Below are positions 8,149 to 11,815 of a stretch of DNA of 11,815 nt, piece by piece (within the stretch, counting starts at the first letter, position 1; each line of letters starts with the position of its first letter). Under the pieces are notes generated by a model. The model made no database searches, was not told where the DNA came from, and worked only from the letters and a program-made list of their open reading frames with translations. The position numbers and the translations under genes are program-made. This stretch comes from Amoeboradix gromovi X-113 (taxonomy: Eukaryota > Fungi > Sanchytriomycota), in contig JADGIF010000282.1 of NCBI GenBank assembly GCA_018985225.1, positions 1 to 11,815 on the forward strand, written 5' to 3'.

Positions 8149-8821
8149 GGGACGCACTCTTTAAAAACTGCACTGACTAGCTTCCAATGGGGTACCCCAT
8201 ATGGAGGAAATAACAGCATCAATAAACATTCTTATACTATGATACCAAGAATATTTCATTGATTGTACTCCTCTTTAAATAAAACTAGAAGACCCTACAT
8301 CCCGTTCAAACATAAAAGGTCTTTGAGCGTCTAATTAAGGTGCATTTTCTTCATCAGACTCTTTTTTAAGCTTGTAGCTTTTTGGTTATGTCATTTTATT
8401 AATATTACAATCAATTGTAAATAGTTTTTGCAATCTAGTACAAATGACTTGAGTAGGTTTGATATCGTCTTTAAGATCTTGAGTTTCCAGTACCCAATTC
8501 CAGAAAAGAAGAAATTGAAGTTTAATAAGATGTAATCTGTAAACAGTCTCCCTGACTCTTGTCTTGCTGAGTTTCAATTTCTTTTTAATTGTTCCAACCA
8601 GTACATCTTCTTCAATGTCAGTGTCCAGCATTTTCTTCTTTGATTTACTGGTATATGAAAACTTTTGTTTTCACTAGATCATTAGGAAAGGTCTGTATTT
8701 ATGGGCAAGATAGTTCTTTCTGGTGCGACTTCAAACGAAAAGATATCCTATTACGAATTAGTATTATGAATCAAAAGTTTATTTCAAAAATTTCAGAGGG
8801 CTAGTCTAGTTTTAGTGTTCC
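8149..8821 (-). mobile_element. Internally deleted TIR element (family gamma) with a divergent Fanzor/TnpB-like pseudogene
   Basis: Degenerate TIRs GGGACGCACTCTTTAAAAACT (from 8149) and AGTCTAGTTTTAGTGTTCC (8803-8821). 8180-8335 is homologous to 11660-11815. The minus frame reads KTRVRETVYRLH...VLETQDL...PKSYKLKK...LDAQRPFMFERDVGSSSFI*RG, with stops. Confidence 0.7.
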
Positions 8822-9638
8822 AGGTGAAAAAAGAAAATGGATTGACATGATGATTGGTGACTACTTAAATTACAATTCAACTAATCCTCATAAAAAGGAC
8901 AAATTCAGATGCTAACCACCACAACCAATATGTGAGCACTTTGAAATGAAGTCCCATTTATTGCCGATCATTTAACACGTATATACTACATACCATATTA
9001 TCCGTAGCTCTACCACTAAACTGTTTGACAGCGACAATTGTGGTACACAGTCAAAATGAAACTCCCTTTACAGGCTTTAGCAATTCGGAAATTTTTGAAT
9101 AATTTGAGGGTATGACAAATTCCATGGAATACATTGAAGTAATTAAAGGCGCAGTCATTTTGATTTTCTTTGGGTTCTCTTAATTCTGCTCCCTAGCGAA
9201 AATATAATTTGCTAATTTTGAAAGCCATTTCCACTAGTTAATACTTCTGACTCTGTAATTGCTCTAGCTTGTGGTTCATACTCTCTTATTTCCTAGTCAT
9301 TGCTTTCCCTAACTATCTTCAATTTTGGCGTTTCTACGCTGATGTATGCAAATAATTGCGCTAAAACTTGATCAATCGAAACATTGGGGCTTGACTCAAC
9401 TATTCGACAAGATTAGAGACAATGCGCTAACTAAACCAGAAAAGAAGAAAAAGAAGTTGATATTTAGATGTCTCAGTATTAACAAGAGATTATCATACCT
9501 GTACCAAATATCGTCAACCTCGTTAGCTCAGCTATATTTGGCCTGATATCGCTAGGTTGCACTGTAGATTAATTGCTTACAAATCGGCTGTGACTTGAGT
9601 AAGATTTAAATAAGACTACTTGAGTAACAAAGCTTTAT

Positions 9639-9959
9639 TCAACATTTATTGTCACAGTACTTGTAACCACTTTTGGATCTTGTGATACCTCTAGCACATA
9701 TACAAGCATTGATGTTACAATCTTTGCCATTGACCATGCAGCAGAGATACTGCACGCTATAGTATCCGTAGTCATTATACTTTGAGCAATATCCTGATGT
9801 TTCTTGTGATGATGTCAGTTTTGCACATCCCTGTGGATACTTTTTCTTGAAGGATTTCTTTTGACAATTTTCGCTGAAGTTATCCACAAACTTTTTGTGA
9901 TTTCCCGTAGGAAGAGGTTCGAATACTGCAAATGCAATGTTGAAGAGTAAAGAAATCAT
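9639..9959 (-). CDS. Small secreted cysteine-rich protein (106 aa, 10 Cys)
   Basis: Hydrophobic leader MISLLFNIAFA (ATG 9959; alternative ATG 9968). The mature region is Lys-rich with 10 Cys, including CC and CxC, and ends in Cys. The frame is uninterrupted. Confidence 0.75.
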   Translation of the reverse strand: MISLLFNIAFAVFEPLPTGNHKKFVDNFSENCQKKSFKKKYPQGCAKLTSSQETSGYCSKYNDYGYYSVQYLCCMVNGKDCNINACICARGITRSKSGYKYCDNKC

Positions 9960-10143
9960 GAGGACCATGTCTTGACTACTTGAGCTGCTTATGAACAAAA
10001 ACGGAATTGTTCTAACCAATGGATTGGTTAATTTATTTTCACTTTCATAGCACTGATTGGAAAAGCCAAGCACTTGCAATTTGGCACCAATCGAAAGATT
10101 CTCTTAAATAGGCATTTAATTAGGAAGAAACCAATGAATCAAC

Positions 10144-10417
10144 TAGCTCAATGGCTGCGGATTTCCATGAAAATTGGAAATTTTCACAGAGAAACTAGCA
10201 AAATTAGCTACTCCGCTGAAGTGATTGTCATGCTTTCACCAAACTGAGACGAGATTGAACAAGGGCGCATGTTCTACGTGTACGTAAAAATAAAAAATTG
10301 CACGTAGTTTCCCAGTTAATTCTCTATTAAGTACTTAACCTTGTACATGTTGGACTAGTGAATGCTTCTACATTCCACATGGGTCAATCTTCTCCGTTTG
10401 CAATCGTACTTCAAGCG
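10144..10417 (-). pseudogene. Family alpha copy E: decayed Fanzor2 3' end plus conserved segment
   Basis: The reverse complement reads RLKYDCKRRRLTHVEC / EAFTSPTCTR, then CAATCTCGTCTCAG..TGGTGAAAGCATGACAATCACT..GCGGAG...TTGCTAGTTTCTCTGTGAAAATT...GGAAATC, homologous to 1886-2180. Confidence 0.88.
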
Positions 10418-11624
10418 CCCCCTAATTGAGCTGAGTGACATTTAGGCTAGGTTTCTTAACGCTTTACTCGACACGCTCGTTAACATCTGCCCTGTATTGA
10501 ATAATGGTAATTGCTTAGATCATCTATCTTTGTGAGACAAAATTACGCATAAATTGAGCCACCACTCCGAGTTCCCATATTGGGAGAATTGGTCCCCTCA
10601 AAGCTCTAATACTAGTCCTCTCGTTGATTTTTTCAACCGGAATTATTCTACCGACAGCTTGTGATGATATTGGCAAAATCGCTGCTTATCGAACTAAATT
10701 GAGAGGGCTCTTGGGGTGGGAAGAGTTTAATCACATGCCTACCTCTTTGAGCTCCAAGTATGACTGGCAAGAACTTTTAAGATGCTTAAATTCTGTCAAT
10801 TCACCAGATTCGCCTGGTTTGGTGCAGATCTGAATCACTATTCAGCGGTCATGGTACAACCATTTAGGAATTATGATGAAATAGATGATCTTTATACTTT
10901 AATAACAGCAATTTATCAAGAATATAGCACATATGTAAATCTAAGGGCTTCAGCTATAGAGCTAAGCGTACCAGAAAATAGCCAGCATCTAAGGAAAAGA
11001 AGTTTGGTGATTCATATTGCCTCTATACCTTATATTCTGACTTTGACATTAAGCAATTGATTATGGGACATCTTCTAATCGGACTATTTATGGTGACAAG
11101 GCCTATTTCGCTACCAGTTGGACTAGCAGTTGCAGGTGTAATTCTGTACCTCATAGTTTCTCCAATTTTACATGCATATCCTTATATTGTAGCCTTGGTT
11201 CTAAAATCCTAAGCACAACAAACAGATCATTTCTGTCAATCGGAAACGCCATCAAATCATTGCGCAAAACTATCGGCTGTCATTTTCCTGAATACGAGCG
11301 TGACCACTGCAGTTTTATTAATTCTGCGCTCCCCACAAGATCATTGATCGCTGTTTATTGAGAGTATATATAATTAACAATCTGGAGCTCGTACAATGGA
11401 GGATGATATGTTTTTAAATTTACAAGCGGCATGAATATTAATGACGAAAGGTGCTCAAGTCATTGGTATTAATGATCATGAGTAGTTTTAAAGATTGTAT
11501 CAGTACGCGTTATTTAGAAAGGTATGAAAACCCTCAGGAACACTGTTTGAATGCGTGTCTGAATAATCTTACCATCTTTGATAAATATGACGAATATCTC
11601 GCCTGGACTATAGTTGCATCATAT

Positions 11625-11815
11625 GGAACACCAAATATAAAAACTAGACTAACTTGTTTTTAAAGGAGGTGCTCCATACAGAGGAATGCTATCATTAATA
11701 AAAGATCTTCTTCTGTTATACCAATTTTCTTTCATTAATTGTATTCCTCTTTTTAAAATAAGACTATAAGACCCTGCATCTCGTTCAAATATGTGAAGTC
11801 TTTGAGCATCTAAGC
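11625..11815 (-). mobile_element. End of a family-gamma TIR element with an open C-terminus of a divergent Fanzor-like ORF (runs off the window)
   Basis: TIR GGAACACCAAATATAAAAACTAGACT (11625-11650). The minus frame is open: LDAQRLHIFERDAGSYSLILKRGIQLMKENWYNRRRSFINDSIPLYGAPPLKTS*, with the stop (11649-11651) at the inner edge of the TIR. Confidence 0.75.

Noticed and set aside
10624-11060. Overlapping short ORFs that might form a frameshifted gene
   Set aside because: Non-ATG starts and no recognisable domain.
1-11815. CRISPR array, tRNA/rRNA genes, serine recombinase (TnpA) or DDE transposase
   Set aside because: I found no regularly spaced repeats, RNA gene signatures or catalytic motifs for these by eye.

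Overview
AT-rich window that looks eukaryotic (fungal or protist-like). It holds three apparently intact genes: a Nit2-type omega-amidase, a secreted six-repeat tectonin-like beta-propeller protein, and a small secreted 10-Cys protein. It also holds a truncated ACOT9-type acyl-CoA thioesterase fragment. Between these lie decayed TnpB/Fanzor-type RNA-guided nuclease elements from at least three lineages. Family alpha: four copies of a Fanzor2 3' end followed by a conserved, foldable segment that also reads as a convergent antisense ORF. Family beta: one longer Fanzor2 remnant whose RuvC-III motif is split by a 20-nt GT..AG insert and is followed by a run of hairpins (candidate omegaRNA). Family gamma: a TIR-bounded element (GG[G/A]ACACCAAATATAA...) carrying a highly divergent Fanzor-like ORF; it occurs as a deleted copy, a copy cut by the window edge, and a 274-bp MITE-like copy nested inside an alpha copy. 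No intact Fanzor or transposase gene is in the window. All assignments come from manual translation and motif recognition; no searches were run.
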